A stretch of DNA of 64,000 nucleotides from an uncultured Bacteroides sp. (GTDB lineage Bacteria; Bacteroidota; Bacteroidia; Bacteroidales; Bacteroidaceae), in NCBI RefSeq assembly GCF_963678845.2, contig NZ_CAXXOR010000005.1:251567-315566 (forward strand), written 5' to 3'. Position numbers and translations under genes: made by a program. This document shows, one piece after another, positions 1 through 10,805 of this stretch (positions are counted from its first letter, which is position 1; every line of letters begins with the position of its first letter). The notes under the pieces are model-generated. The model was not told where the DNA came from. It saw only the letters and a program-made list of their open reading frames with translations, and did no database searches.

Positions 1-628
1 TTAATAAGAATCCAAAAATCATTCCCCCAAGGTGTGCAAAATGAGCTACGTTATCAGTAGGATTATTGGCTATTCCCTGCATTAATTCTATAATTGCGTA
101 CCCTGCAACAAAATACTTTGCCTTAATAGGAAATGGAAAAGGTATAATAAACATCTTCTCATTGGGAAACAGCATGCCAAATGCAAGAAGAATGGCATAA
201 ACAGCTCCAGAAGCTCCTACAGTATTCATCTCATTCAGATACTGTTGCATGGGAATAATAAGTCCATTACCCATATCAACCTTATCATAAGCCGAAAGGT
301 CTACAACATATTGAATGTATTGCACCACCTCCTGAATAAGACCAGCACCGATACCACAAGCAATATAATAAAAAAGGAATTTCTTAGGGCCCCATATCTG
401 CTCAAGAATTCGTCCAAACATCCAAACAGCAAACATGTTAAAGAATAGATGAGTGAAACTTCCGTGCATAAACATGTAAGAAATGAGCTGAGCAGGATTA
501 AAGTCACTTGCCATAAAGAAATGCAAGCCAAGAAATTGGGATAATTCTAATCCATATCTAGGCGCTACAATTGCTCCCAAAAAGAACAAAACGTTTATTA
601 TTATCAGGTTTTTCGTTACTGGTGGCAT
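1..628 (-). CDS. Rhomboid-family intramembrane serine protease (3' end runs off the window; not in ORF track)
   Basis: Manual translation from ATG at 628: MPPVTKNLIIINVLFF...MFMHG...HLFFNMF...GASGAVY...AHFAHLGG (rhomboid GxSG and His motifs). Confidence 0.92.
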   Translation of the reverse strand, partial: MPPVTKNLIIINVLFFLGAIVAPRYGLELSQFLGLHFFMASDFNPAQLISYMFMHGSFTHLFFNMFAVWMFGRILEQIWGPKKFLFYYIACGIGAGLIQEVVQYIQYVVDLSAYDKVDMGNGLIIPMQQYLNEMNTVGASGAVYAILLAFGMLFPNEKMFIIPFPFPIKAKYFVAGYAIIELMQGIANNPTDNVAHFAHLGGMIFGFLL

Positions 629-787
629 ATATTATAATTAAGTTATTAGTCTGTTTCAGACAAGTTATATGACACAAAAGTAGTAAATATTTCTGTTTTA
701 GAGCATAAAACCCCTATTCTATTACATTTTTTTCATTTTACGCCGTATTTTTTTAAGATTAATATTTGATATATTGTTTTGTTACTC

Positions 788-795
788 TATATTTG
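788..795 (+). promoter_or_regulatory. Bacteroides sigma-A -7 element (TATATTTG) upstream of HU
   Basis: Matches TAnnTTTG about 55 bp before the HU ATG; a divergent copy (TACTTTTG, minus, 675-682) precedes the rhomboid gene. Confidence 0.6.
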
Positions 796-851
796 TGAGG
801 ATTTTCGATTTATCTTTTGAGTTACATATATTAATTAATCATTTACGAATT

Positions 852-1124
852 ATGAATAAGGCAGAACTTATTAATGCTATCGCAGCAGGATCAGGCTTGA
901 GTAAGGCAGATTCAAAGAAAGCTCTTGACGCTTTCGTTTCAAGTGTATCAGATACTCTTAAGTCAGGTGAAAAAGTTTCTTTAGTTGGTTTCGGAACATT
1001 CTCAGTAAGTGAGAGAGGTGAAAGAACTGGTATCAATCCTTCTACTAAAGCACCTATCACTATTCCAGCTAAGAAAGTTGCTAAATTTAAAGCTGGCGCT
1101 GAATTAGCTGACGCTATCAAATAA
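852..1124 (+). CDS. hup: HU DNA-binding protein (start corrected to ATG 852, 90 aa)
   Basis: MNKAELINAIA...VSLVGFGTFSVSERGERTGINPST is the HU/IHF signature. Confidence 0.96.
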   Translation: MNKAELINAIAAGSGLSKADSKKALDAFVSSVSDTLKSGEKVSLVGFGTFSVSERGERTGINPSTKAPITIPAKKVAKFKAGAELADAIK

Positions 1125-1141
1125 GCCATTCTTTAAGAAAT

Positions 1142-1179
1142 AAAAAAGGAGATGCAAGAGTTTGCATCTCCTTTTTTTT
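1142..1179 (+). terminator. Rho-independent terminator after HU
   Basis: aaaaaaggagatgcaa-gag-tttgcatctccttttttt hairpin with T tract. Confidence 0.85.
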
Positions 1180-1243
1180 ATATCTGACACGAAAGTATTA
1201 TCTTTGCGCACTCATAATATCTCATTTAGAAATACATACAGAT

Positions 1244-3037
1244 ATGAATATAGAAAACAAAATAGCAGTATCGGTTATTAACGGACTGAAATCGCTATAC
1301 GGGCAAGAAGTTCCAGCCGCACAGGTACAACTGCAAAAAACCAAAAAAGAGTTTGAAGGACACCTTACATTGGTTGTGTTTCCTTTCCTGAAGTTATCAA
1401 AGAAAAAGCCAGAAGATACTGCGGAGGAAATCGGTGAATACCTATTAGATAATGATTTCTCTATTTCAGCTTTCAATGTAATCAAAGGATTTCTTAATCT
1501 CACAATCGATTCTTCATGCTGGATTGAGCTACTAAACTCTATTCATGCGGAAAAACAATACGGAATTATTCCTGCTAGTGAGAATTCTCCATTAGTGATG
1601 ATTGAATATTCTTCTCCAAACACCAATAAACCTCTTCACCTGGGCCACGTGCGCAACAACCTTTTAGGTCACGCACTTGCTAATATTATGATGGCCAACG
1701 GAAATAAGGTGGTTAAAACCAATATTGTGAACGACCGTGGTATTCATATCTGCAAATCAATGCTTGCATGGCAAAAATACGGAAACGGTGAAACACCTGT
1801 ATCATCGGGAAAGAAAGGCGATCATCTGGTAGGTGATTACTATGTTTCTTTCGACAAACATTATAAGGCTGAATTAGCAGAGCTACAAGCCAAAGGTCTT
1901 AGCAAAGAAGAAGCTGAAGCACAATCTTCATTGATGAATGAAGCTCGTGAAATGCTTATCAAATGGGAAGCAGGAGATGCTGAAGTAAGAAGACTTTGGG
2001 AAATGATGAACGAATGGGTTTATGCCGGCTTCAATGAAACATACAAAAAACTAGGCGTAAGCTTCGATAAGATATACTACGAATCAAATACTTATCTGGA
2101 AGGAAAAGATAAGGTGATGGAAGGTCTTGAAAAAGGCTTCTTCTACCAGAAAGAGGACGGTTCTGTTTGGGCCGACCTTACCGGAGACGGACTTGACCAT
2201 AAGCTTTTGCTTCGTTCAGATGGTACTTCTGTTTACATGACTCAGGATATTGGTACGGCTAAATTACGCTTTGCTGATTTCCCTATCAATAAAATGATTT
2301 ATGTGGTAGGTAACGAACAGAACTATCACTTCCAGGTTCTATCTATCTTACTTGATAAACTTGGTTTTGAGTGGGGAAAAGATCTGGTACACTTTTCTTA
2401 TGGAATGGTAGAACTACCGGAAGGTAAGATGAAATCTCGTGAAGGAACTGTAGTTGATGCTGATGACTTGGTAGAAGAGATGGTTAGCACTGCCAAAGAA
2501 ACCTCTAAGGAATTGGGCAAACTTGACGGCTGCACTGAAGAAGAAGCGGATAACATCTCCCGAATTGTAGGGATGGGTGCGCTTAAATACTTTATCTTAA
2601 AAGTAGATGCACGCAAAAACATGACCTTTAACCCTAAAGAGTCTATCGATTTCAATGGTAATACAGGCCCTTTTATTCAATACACCTATGCTCGTATCCA
2701 GTCTGTTCTTCGTAAAGCAGCAGAGGCAAATATCCTTATTCCGGAAGATCTGCCTTTGAATGTTGATTTAAACGAAAAAGAAGAAGGATTAATCCAGATA
2801 CTATCTGAATTTGCAGGAGTTGTGAAACAAGCAGGAACAGATTATAGCCCTTCAGTGATAGCCAACTATACCTATGATCTTGTAAAAGAGTACAATCAGT
2901 TCTACCACGATTTCAGCATTCTTCGTGAAGAAAACGAAGATCTGAAAATATTCCGCTTAGTACTATCTTCCAATATTGGCAAGGTCATTAAACTAGGAAT
3001 GGAATTACTAGGAATAGAAGTGCCCGAAAGGATGTAA
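1244..3037 (+). CDS. argS: Arginine--tRNA ligase
   Basis: EYSSPNTNKPLHLGHVRN (HIGH-like) and KMKSREG (KMSKS-like) motifs, 597 aa. Confidence 0.97.
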   Translation: MNIENKIAVSVINGLKSLYGQEVPAAQVQLQKTKKEFEGHLTLVVFPFLKLSKKKPEDTAEEIGEYLLDNDFSISAFNVIKGFLNLTIDSSCWIELLNSIHAEKQYGIIPASENSPLVMIEYSSPNTNKPLHLGHVRNNLLGHALANIMMANGNKVVKTNIVNDRGIHICKSMLAWQKYGNGETPVSSGKKGDHLVGDYYVSFDKHYKAELAELQAKGLSKEEAEAQSSLMNEAREMLIKWEAGDAEVRRLWEMMNEWVYAGFNETYKKLGVSFDKIYYESNTYLEGKDKVMEGLEKGFFYQKEDGSVWADLTGDGLDHKLLLRSDGTSVYMTQDIGTAKLRFADFPINKMIYVVGNEQNYHFQVLSILLDKLGFEWGKDLVHFSYGMVELPEGKMKSREGTVVDADDLVEEMVSTAKETSKELGKLDGCTEEEADNISRIVGMGALKYFILKVDARKNMTFNPKESIDFNGNTGPFIQYTYARIQSVLRKAAEANILIPEDLPLNVDLNEKEEGLIQILSEFAGVVKQAGTDYSPSVIANYTYDLVKEYNQFYHDFSILREENEDLKIFRLVLSSNIGKVIKLGMELLGIEVPERM

Positions 3038-3341
3038 ATCCTTCACCGGAGTTTAAAAGATACTTCCCTATACATTATTGCAAGCCTGTACAGTAAAAAT
3101 TAATATACTATACAGGCTTATTCATTTTAGCCTACGCCTTTTTCAGTTTTACTGTAACCTGTTCTTTAGACATTTCTTTATACTTCTCCTTAGCTATCCT
3201 TAGAAACAAGATAACAGAAACAGCTAGAATAACCCTCTCCTTTATACTTTGCTCAGGCTATACTAACAAACAAGAAAAAAAACGATTCATCACATTCTGT
3301 TTAATGCCTGGCAAGATACAACAATTGAGCACCACTCCTGA

Positions 3342-3393
3342 TAAACGATGAAAAGTCTGTCGGGAGAGATCCCAACAGACTTTTCATCGTTTT
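3342..3393. terminator. Long bidirectional hairpin between convergent argS and topA
   Basis: aaacgatgaaaagtctgt-cggga-gaga-tccca-acagacttttcatcgttt. Confidence 0.75.
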
Positions 3394-3413
3394 ATAAATA
3401 TAAAAAATACTTC

Positions 3414-5759
3414 TTATTTCTTTTTGGCAGCATATCGTCCACGTTTAGCTGTAGCGGGCTTTTCATCCTGTAATCTAATTATTTCAAGACACGTAGCCAA
3501 ATTCAGATCCTGAGGAACTACATCTTTAGGAATCTTATAATTTGTCTTCTTATAAGCAATATAAGGGCCAAAGCGACCGTTCAGAATCTGAAGTTCAGGT
3601 TCCTCTTCAAATGTCTTGATAATCTTCTGTGCCTCAGCAATACGTTTTGCCTTTATCAATTCAATAGCCTCATCTAAAACAATCTCCATTGGATCCACAT
3701 CTTTAGGAAGAGAAATAAACTTAGCATCGTGACGTATATATGGGCCAAAACGACCAGTACCAATCACAACCGTTTTATCTTCAAAATCACCCAGTGTACG
3801 AGGAAGTTTAAACAGTTCAAGTGCTTCTTCAAGCGAAATAGTCTCCATTGACTGTCCTTTCTTCATCTGAGCAAAACGAGGTTTATCTTCATCGTCAGCC
3901 GAACCAATCTGAACAACCGGCCCAAAACGGCCAATCTTCACTGAAACAGGCTTACCCGTAGCTGGTTCTTCTCCAAGCATACGCTCACCCACCTTATGTT
4001 CTGTTTTAGTAGCCAAAGTCCTCTCAACAGAAGGATGAAACTTTGAATAGAAATCTTTCATTGTTTCCGTCCATTGCTTTTCGCCATCAGCAACCTCATC
4101 GAACTCTTTTTCCACACTTGCCGTGAAATTATAGTCAAGGATATCAGGGAAATATTCAGTAAGGAAATCATTTACAACAGTACCCACATCCGTTGGGAAC
4201 AGTTTAGACTTCTCAGCTCCTACAGTTTCCGTCTTAACCGTTTCCACTAAAGAGGAATCAGCTAACAACAGATGTTGATAAGAACGTTCTACTCCTTCTC
4301 TATCTTCCTTCACCACATATTCACGTTGCTGAATGGTTGAAATAGTTGGAGCATATGTAGATGGACGACCAATTCCCAGTTCTTCAAGTTTACGAACCAG
4401 ACTAGCTTCTGTATAGCGTGCCGGATGCTGAGTAAACCGTTCGGTTGCAGTAATATCTTTTCTTTCGAGCACCTGTCCCTTTTTCATAGGAGGAAGCAAG
4501 CGGCTTTCGTCTTCCTGCTCATTATCATCATCGAAAGATTCTTTGTAAACGCGAAGGAAACCGTCGAATTTAACAACCTCACCTACCGCAACAAACTTTT
4601 CAGATGCATTATTTAAAATGATGGTAGCTGTAGTTTTCTCCAGTTCAGCCTCAGCCATTTGTGAAGCAATGGTACGTTTCCAAATCAGATCATAAAGTTT
4701 CTTTTCCTGAGATGTACCGTCAACAACCTGTTTATCCATGTAAGTAGGGCGGATTGCCTCATGAGCCTCCTGAGCACCTTTGCTCTTAGTCTCGAAATGA
4801 CGAAGTTTCACATACTCTTCACCCATGATATTTGTGATAGCGTCTTTACTTCCGGCAACTGCATAATCAGACAGATTCACAGAGTCGGTACGCATATATG
4901 TAATTTTCCCAGCTTCGTAAAGTTTCTGTGCTACTGACATAGTCTGAGCCACAGTGAATCCAAGTTTACGAGCAGCTTCCTGTTGCAATGTTGAAGTAGT
5001 AAAAGGTGCCGCCGGACTCTTCTTCAAGGGGCGCATGCTTATATCTTCAATAGTGAAAGTAGCATCTTTGCAAGTTTCGAGGAAAGCTTTAGCTTCTTCT
5101 TTAGTCTTTAGCCTACGAGCAAGCTCTGCTTTCATCTCCACAAACTTGCCATCCTGGTCGGGAACCATGAAGATAGCAGTAACACGATAAGCCGCATCAA
5201 CTTTAAAAGCCTGAATTTCGCGTTCACGTTCCACTACAAGACGAACAGTTACAGACTGTACACGTCCGGCAGACAAGGCGGGTTTTACTTTCTTCCAAAG
5301 AACGGGAGATAATTCAAAACCAACAATTCGATCAAGTATACGTCGGGCTTGCTGGGCATTCACCAGATTGAGATCAATGTCTCTTGGTTGCTCAATAGCT
5401 TTTAATATTGCAGTCTTAGTAATTTCATGAAAAACAATTCGTTTTGTATTTTCAGGCTTCAATCCCAAAACTTCATACAAATGCCATGAAATAGCTTCTC
5501 CCTCGCGGTCCTCATCGGAAGCAAGCCATACAGTTTCCGAATCGTTTGCTTCAGCCTTTAACTCGCTTACAAGCTTTTTCTTGTCAGTAGGGACTTCATA
5601 CTTGGGTTCGAAATTATTCTCTATATCAATACTAAACTCTTTCTTCTTCAGGTCTCTGATGTGCCCATAGCTGGAAAGTACTTTAAAATCCTTTCCTAAG
5701 AATTTCTCAATTGTTTTAGCTTTGGCCGGAGACTCGACAATAACAAGGTTTTTTTGCAT
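3414..5759 (-). CDS. topA: DNA topoisomerase I
   Basis: LVIVESPAKAKTI TOPRIM start, ITYMRTDS catalytic Tyr, C-terminal GRFGP repeats; TACTTTTG promoter at 5835-5842 (minus). Confidence 0.97.
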   Translation of the reverse strand: MQKNLVIVESPAKAKTIEKFLGKDFKVLSSYGHIRDLKKKEFSIDIENNFEPKYEVPTDKKKLVSELKAEANDSETVWLASDEDREGEAISWHLYEVLGLKPENTKRIVFHEITKTAILKAIEQPRDIDLNLVNAQQARRILDRIVGFELSPVLWKKVKPALSAGRVQSVTVRLVVEREREIQAFKVDAAYRVTAIFMVPDQDGKFVEMKAELARRLKTKEEAKAFLETCKDATFTIEDISMRPLKKSPAAPFTTSTLQQEAARKLGFTVAQTMSVAQKLYEAGKITYMRTDSVNLSDYAVAGSKDAITNIMGEEYVKLRHFETKSKGAQEAHEAIRPTYMDKQVVDGTSQEKKLYDLIWKRTIASQMAEAELEKTTATIILNNASEKFVAVGEVVKFDGFLRVYKESFDDDNEQEDESRLLPPMKKGQVLERKDITATERFTQHPARYTEASLVRKLEELGIGRPSTYAPTISTIQQREYVVKEDREGVERSYQHLLLADSSLVETVKTETVGAEKSKLFPTDVGTVVNDFLTEYFPDILDYNFTASVEKEFDEVADGEKQWTETMKDFYSKFHPSVERTLATKTEHKVGERMLGEEPATGKPVSVKIGRFGPVVQIGSADDEDKPRFAQMKKGQSMETISLEEALELFKLPRTLGDFEDKTVVIGTGRFGPYIRHDAKFISLPKDVDPMEIVLDEAIELIKAKRIAEAQKIIKTFEEEPELQILNGRFGPYIAYKKTNYKIPKDVVPQDLNLATCLEIIRLQDEKPATAKRGRYAAKKK

Positions 5760-5935
5760 AATATTCTCTTTTGCAATAAAGGAACCAGCCTTTTACTTCT
5801 GATAAACAGGCTGCCCCCCTATTGATTTTGCCCGCAAAAGTAGAAAAAAGATATTTCTCCACCTTATAATATAGAAAGAATCTACTATTTTTTATGAAAA
5901 AAGACTCTTTTTATAGAATAAGGAAGGGAATATTA

Positions 5936-7681
5936 CTAAAACTGAAAACTTACTCCACCAAGAAAATTGACGCCTTGAGCAGGGTAAGAATAATAATATT
6001 GATATCGTTGATTTAACAAATTATTGATACGAGCAAAGATTGATACACCATTAAACAAACTATAAGTAGCGCCCAAATTTAAATCACTAACTGGGTCTAG
6101 TTTATGCCTGGTTCCAATAATAACAGGAAGTGTACCAACAGTGAACTGTCCACTAGGAGAAAGAGCAGGCATCGTAACAAACTGAGATATCACATTATTA
6201 CGACTAGTATACTTATATCCCGCATTAATGGTGAGTTCGGGCAGAACCTTTACATTCGCATTCAATTGTAAATCAAACTTAGGTTTCATCAACATCCATG
6301 CAGCCTCACTATCCTTCCAGGAATAATAAGTACCTTTTAAAGAAAGATCAGCAATACCTCTATAATTGTATTTTAGATTTGAACCAATATAAAAATGCTT
6401 GGTATCAGCCGTCTCCACATAAGGTTTTGCAACATTAAACAGATTCAAAATCACATTATCAAAGCACAAATCATCTGTAACCATGCTATATCCGGTAAAG
6501 ACATCAAACCAGAACCCATTTCCCACATTTGCTTTTAACCCTAAAGAAGCATCCAGCTGATTATAAGAATCGTCCAATTGCTCAAAGAATATATAAGGAT
6601 TCAATGATTCCAGTCGGCGGAAATCATTCAGTTCTCTTCCTCCGCCAATCTTCATGTAAGCAACATAACTCTTTGAAAAAAGATACTGCGCTTCTAAATC
6701 AGGAGCAACCTGTAAAGTCTTTCCTTTCCCAGAAGAGAAATCTACGTGTGCTCCAACTCTCAGCTTCCACAAATCATCAGAGAAAGTATAATACGGATTC
6801 ATCTGTAAAGAAGTATAGTCTTTAAAAGTACCTTTCTGATAAAACACATTATCCATTTCGGCTTTTATGCCCACACGCTGATCTGCACTAATCGCCCCAA
6901 AAACATCCCCTTTTGTACGCCAAATGCTTTCGCCCAGTTCGTCAGGATATGATTGCTTAAAAGAGAGAAAATCAGTTTCAGCCTTGAACTGCAATGGCAG
7001 ACTCTTATCAAAAGAGGCTATTCCTGCATGCAAACTCCATTTTGAATGATGTTGTTTATCCGTTGCAATAGGGTAAAGTACATTGGCAGCATCCATAAAT
7101 GGGTGATAATTGAAATTATCAGCTCCAAGATTCAAAGCAGCATCAAAGGTCAGTTTATCGAACTGGTGCTGATAATCTACATCCAGCGTTGTACGGTAAT
7201 AACGAGACTTCCAGTTCCTGTTAGCATACGTAGTTTCAAATATCTCAGGCAGTTTCAGGGTACCATTCATTCCATCCAGACTTGCAGACGCACCGAGTTG
7301 GTCACGCTTGGACAGATTAAACAGATAATTAACTTTAGCATCTACATTTCCATTGTTACCATATCCCAAACGGGCATATCCTCTCTTAGCCTTTTCTTGA
7401 TCCAGGTTAGATGTCACAGGCTTCATCACATCACTAAAAGCACTAAAAGGAAGCACTGAAGTATTATATTCTATCTTCTTTTTACTCACTGAAGGTTCCT
7501 GCACTTTAGGAAGCACATTCACCTTAGAGGCATCCATTATATCCGGATTATACTCTTTCTCAACAATAACTACACGGTTAAGCGTTGAATCTTTCTTGGC
7601 TGTCTTAGCAGTCTGGGCTGCCGCACTAAGCGATAAGAATAAAAAAGCTGCGGCAAACAGCACATTATTTATTTGTTTCAT
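5936..7681 (-). CDS. Outer-membrane beta-barrel protein (TonB-dependent-receptor-like, function unknown)
   Basis: Signal peptide, alternating beta-strand pattern, C-terminal ...NLLNQRYQ...GVNFLGGVSFQF barrel signature. Confidence 0.75.
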   Translation of the reverse strand: MKQINNVLFAAAFLFLSLSAAAQTAKTAKKDSTLNRVVIVEKEYNPDIMDASKVNVLPKVQEPSVSKKKIEYNTSVLPFSAFSDVMKPVTSNLDQEKAKRGYARLGYGNNGNVDAKVNYLFNLSKRDQLGASASLDGMNGTLKLPEIFETTYANRNWKSRYYRTTLDVDYQHQFDKLTFDAALNLGADNFNYHPFMDAANVLYPIATDKQHHSKWSLHAGIASFDKSLPLQFKAETDFLSFKQSYPDELGESIWRTKGDVFGAISADQRVGIKAEMDNVFYQKGTFKDYTSLQMNPYYTFSDDLWKLRVGAHVDFSSGKGKTLQVAPDLEAQYLFSKSYVAYMKIGGGRELNDFRRLESLNPYIFFEQLDDSYNQLDASLGLKANVGNGFWFDVFTGYSMVTDDLCFDNVILNLFNVAKPYVETADTKHFYIGSNLKYNYRGIADLSLKGTYYSWKDSEAAWMLMKPKFDLQLNANVKVLPELTINAGYKYTSRNNVISQFVTMPALSPSGQFTVGTLPVIIGTRHKLDPVSDLNLGATYSLFNGVSIFARINNLLNQRYQYYYSYPAQGVNFLGGVSFQF

Positions 7682-7690
7682 ATACGATAC

Positions 7691-10600
7691 TTATTTTAGT
7701 TTTGTCAACCTGCTGTTTATCATCTCCTGAATATCATCCTTCTCGGTATAGTTCTGTTGCAGACTCAGCAAATATTGTTTTGCATCCAGCTTCTTGTTCA
7801 TCGATACGTAGATGTCCGAAAGAAGTACAAAGCTACGAGCCAGCCAATAAGCATGAGGAGTGCTCTGATCAATGTAATTCAATACCTCTTTTTCAGCCAG
7901 AGCATTCTCGCCTGTACTGAAGTAAAGCTGAGCCAATAAATATTTTGCTTCAGCACCATACAGTGTACGGGTATCTTTTGCCAGCGTTTGCAGATCCTTG
8001 AGGGCCGATTTATCCTCCTTTAAAGACAAGTAAGCTTTGGCTCTGTAGTAAGTAGCCTCACTTACAAGTTCCGGCGTAAGTTTCTTGTTAGATAATAGCT
8101 CAGTAGCAGCAACAACAACATCCTTTTGTTCTCCCGCCATATATGCACTCCGAAGAATTCCTGTTTGTGCAAGAGAGAGATTATCTGCCGTAGAAGCCTT
8201 TTCCTTTAGCCTTTTATAAACCGGCAAAGCATCCTGATACTTCTTTTCATCCATCAAAAGGCCGGCATTAATAACCATAGCCTCTTCTGAGAACTGATTA
8301 TTCGGATACTCTAATACTTTAGCAGAATGTTCCAGCGCTGCTGCTGTATTCTTTTGATCAGCAAAGATAGCACTCAGATAATAATGAGCATTGAGACTGA
8401 AAGCACCGGTAGGGAAACTTTGCAGATAAGCAGTAAAACTCTTCTTTGCATTCTCTGCATTTCCTTTCATATAAACTTTTTCGGCAGCCTGATAAGTGAT
8501 AGAATCCTGTTCAGTCACATCAATAGCTCCTATTCCGGAAACCGTCTGAGAGAAAGCTACAAATTCATTTACTTTATTCAGATCAATATAGATAGATTTC
8601 AAGTCACGCATAGCCAGGCGCGCCTCGTCGCTTCCCTGATAATCAGTAATAACCTTCTTATAAGCCTGAATAGCCAGATCGTAATTGTCATTCTGATAGT
8701 ATAGAAGTCCAACCTCACTTGCCGCTACTTTACTCATTTCACTAGATGGGAATCGATCAAGCAATTCTTTAAATGAAGCAATAGCTTGCTGGTTACTTCC
8801 CTGCATCACATAAGCCCGTCCTCTTTCGTAAAGAGCATTATCAAGATACTGTGAAGAAGGGTATTTCTGCATCAACTGGTTCAGTAGCAAAACTTTCTCG
8901 GTATAGTTCTTTTGCAATCCGGCCACAAAGGCGTCCTGATAAAGAGCATAGTCACCAGCCGATGGATCTGTTGCAGCAGCTTTCGCATAATTCTTCCGGG
9001 CAGTGGCAAACTCTCTGGAATAGAAATAACAGTCGCCAATACGGTTATAAGCATCAGACAACACTGTTTTCTGATCTTGGATGTTGCTCTGAGCAGTATA
9101 TTTTAAGAACCAGCTCAATGCTGTGGAATAATTCTTTTGTTTAAAGTTAATATAGCCCATGTTATAATGAGCCAGTGAATACATCTCAGTATTCTTTGTC
9201 TGAGTTAGCTGCAAATAATTCTGGAAACCTTGTCCGGCCTGAGCAAACTTCTCCTGACGGTAATAAGCTTCAGCTCTCCAGTAATAAGTATCCGCTTTAG
9301 TCTGTGCATTATATTGACCAATCTCAAGCGAACGATCAAAATAACCTATCGCTTTTGCAAAATCAGCATTGGCAAAGCCCTCCGTACCCAATTGGAACAA
9401 GATATTCTGCTTTGCTTCCATGATACGGGTACCGGGACGTGATATCTTTTCAATAGATTTCAAAGCGGCAGCATAACTTTTACTGTTCATATAAACTTCC
9501 ACCAAGTAATCGCTCACCTGTTCCGCATACACAGAAGAAGGAAATTCATTCAGAAAGCGTTCAAAAACAGTAACCGACTCACCAAAGGCTGAATATGAGG
9601 TTTCGTGAATACACAAAGCATAGTTATAAAGCGCTTTCTCCTTTACTTTCAGATCAAAGTCGGAAGAAGCAGCCTGCTCAAAAGCCATTCGTGCCTTACT
9701 CTTTTCTACCGACTGCAGATAAGAGAAGCCAAGGTGTAGATATGCATTTTGAGTAAGAGCATCATTTACAGAAACTACTTTACCCAAAGTCTCGGCAGCC
9801 TGAGAATATACGTTTGTCTCATAATAGGAAAGGCCAAGCAGATAAAGTGCTTCCCGTGAAGGAAGCTCCGTTGAAGCAAGATATTGATTGAATGCCTCTA
9901 CCGCTTTTGAATATTGGGAAGTATAGTAATAAGATTCTCCCAGAATGCGTTGAATCTGAGCTATTCCCAAGGAATGAGGATATCGGTCAATGCATAGTTG
10001 AGCCTCTTTCGCAGCATCTTCATATCTCTTTAGTTTCAGATAAATCTCGCCAATGAATGCAGGAGCCAACTCATCATAAGTTGGGCTTCCCTTTAATGAA
10101 AGGAATCCCTTCAGTGCAGAATCGTACTCTTTATTTGTATAGTCAATGTAAGCCAGATAATAAACACAGTCGGCAGAATATTTTGTTCCCACATGTTGCA
10201 AAGTCCTCAACCAGGTAGCCGACTGAACCAGATCTCCTTTTTTCAGATTAGCCATTGCCATGCGGAAAGTTACATCCTGGCATTCCTCATTATTTAACTG
10301 ATCAGGGTTACACTGATTAAACAAAGTAACCGCTTCTTCATAATTCTTATCGAAATAATAAGCAGAAGCTATTAAGGCGTTTATGCGGTTAGCATAACGT
10401 GAATCGGGATACTTATTCAGATATCTGCGAAGTTCAGCAATACGATTTTTCTCATCCAGTTCATAAGAGGTACATACAATCATGTATTCTGCCTCTTGAA
10501 GTAAATCAGCATCTTCTTTCTGCTGAACAAATGTATTCAGTATTTGACGGGCAGACGAATAATTCTTTTGCTGAAAAAGATCTTTCCCATTTTCAAATGA

Positions 10601-10699
10601 ACGAACATAAGAAGTTATAGGTGAGGACTGCTGAGCAGTAACCAATATGGGGGAGCCACAAACAAATTGAAATACAAGCAGAGTTCTTCTTATTCTCAT
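7691..10699 (-). CDS. Large exported tetratricopeptide-repeat protein (start corrected to ATG 10699, about 1002 aa)
   Basis: Many TPR-like helical repeats (A..Y..G..Y...Y..A...F); signal peptide ending VTA-QQ; the ORF-track start overlaps the NUDIX gene. Confidence 0.85.
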   Translation of the reverse strand: MRIRRTLLVFQFVCGSPILVTAQQSSPITSYVRSFENGKDLFQQKNYSSARQILNTFVQQKEDADLLQEAEYMIVCTSYELDEKNRIAELRRYLNKYPDSRYANRINALIASAYYFDKNYEEAVTLFNQCNPDQLNNEECQDVTFRMAMANLKKGDLVQSATWLRTLQHVGTKYSADCVYYLAYIDYTNKEYDSALKGFLSLKGSPTYDELAPAFIGEIYLKLKRYEDAAKEAQLCIDRYPHSLGIAQIQRILGESYYYTSQYSKAVEAFNQYLASTELPSREALYLLGLSYYETNVYSQAAETLGKVVSVNDALTQNAYLHLGFSYLQSVEKSKARMAFEQAASSDFDLKVKEKALYNYALCIHETSYSAFGESVTVFERFLNEFPSSVYAEQVSDYLVEVYMNSKSYAAALKSIEKISRPGTRIMEAKQNILFQLGTEGFANADFAKAIGYFDRSLEIGQYNAQTKADTYYWRAEAYYRQEKFAQAGQGFQNYLQLTQTKNTEMYSLAHYNMGYINFKQKNYSTALSWFLKYTAQSNIQDQKTVLSDAYNRIGDCYFYSREFATARKNYAKAAATDPSAGDYALYQDAFVAGLQKNYTEKVLLLNQLMQKYPSSQYLDNALYERGRAYVMQGSNQQAIASFKELLDRFPSSEMSKVAASEVGLLYYQNDNYDLAIQAYKKVITDYQGSDEARLAMRDLKSIYIDLNKVNEFVAFSQTVSGIGAIDVTEQDSITYQAAEKVYMKGNAENAKKSFTAYLQSFPTGAFSLNAHYYLSAIFADQKNTAAALEHSAKVLEYPNNQFSEEAMVINAGLLMDEKKYQDALPVYKRLKEKASTADNLSLAQTGILRSAYMAGEQKDVVVAATELLSNKKLTPELVSEATYYRAKAYLSLKEDKSALKDLQTLAKDTRTLYGAEAKYLLAQLYFSTGENALAEKEVLNYIDQSTPHAYWLARSFVLLSDIYVSMNKKLDAKQYLLSLQQNYTEKDDIQEMINSRLTKLK

Positions 10700-10805
10700 A
10701 ACAGTAGTTTTTACAAAAATACAACCTTCCATTGAGTAAACAATAAGAAGGTTGGTAAAAAAGCTAAAAAGAACTGCTTGTTTATTTCTGTATAGAGCAA
10801 TCTTT

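Noticed and set aside
245-531. ORF-track ORFs 245-448 (+) and 301-531 (-)
   Set aside because: Shadows of the rhomboid gene (1-628, minus), which the track missed because it runs off the edge.
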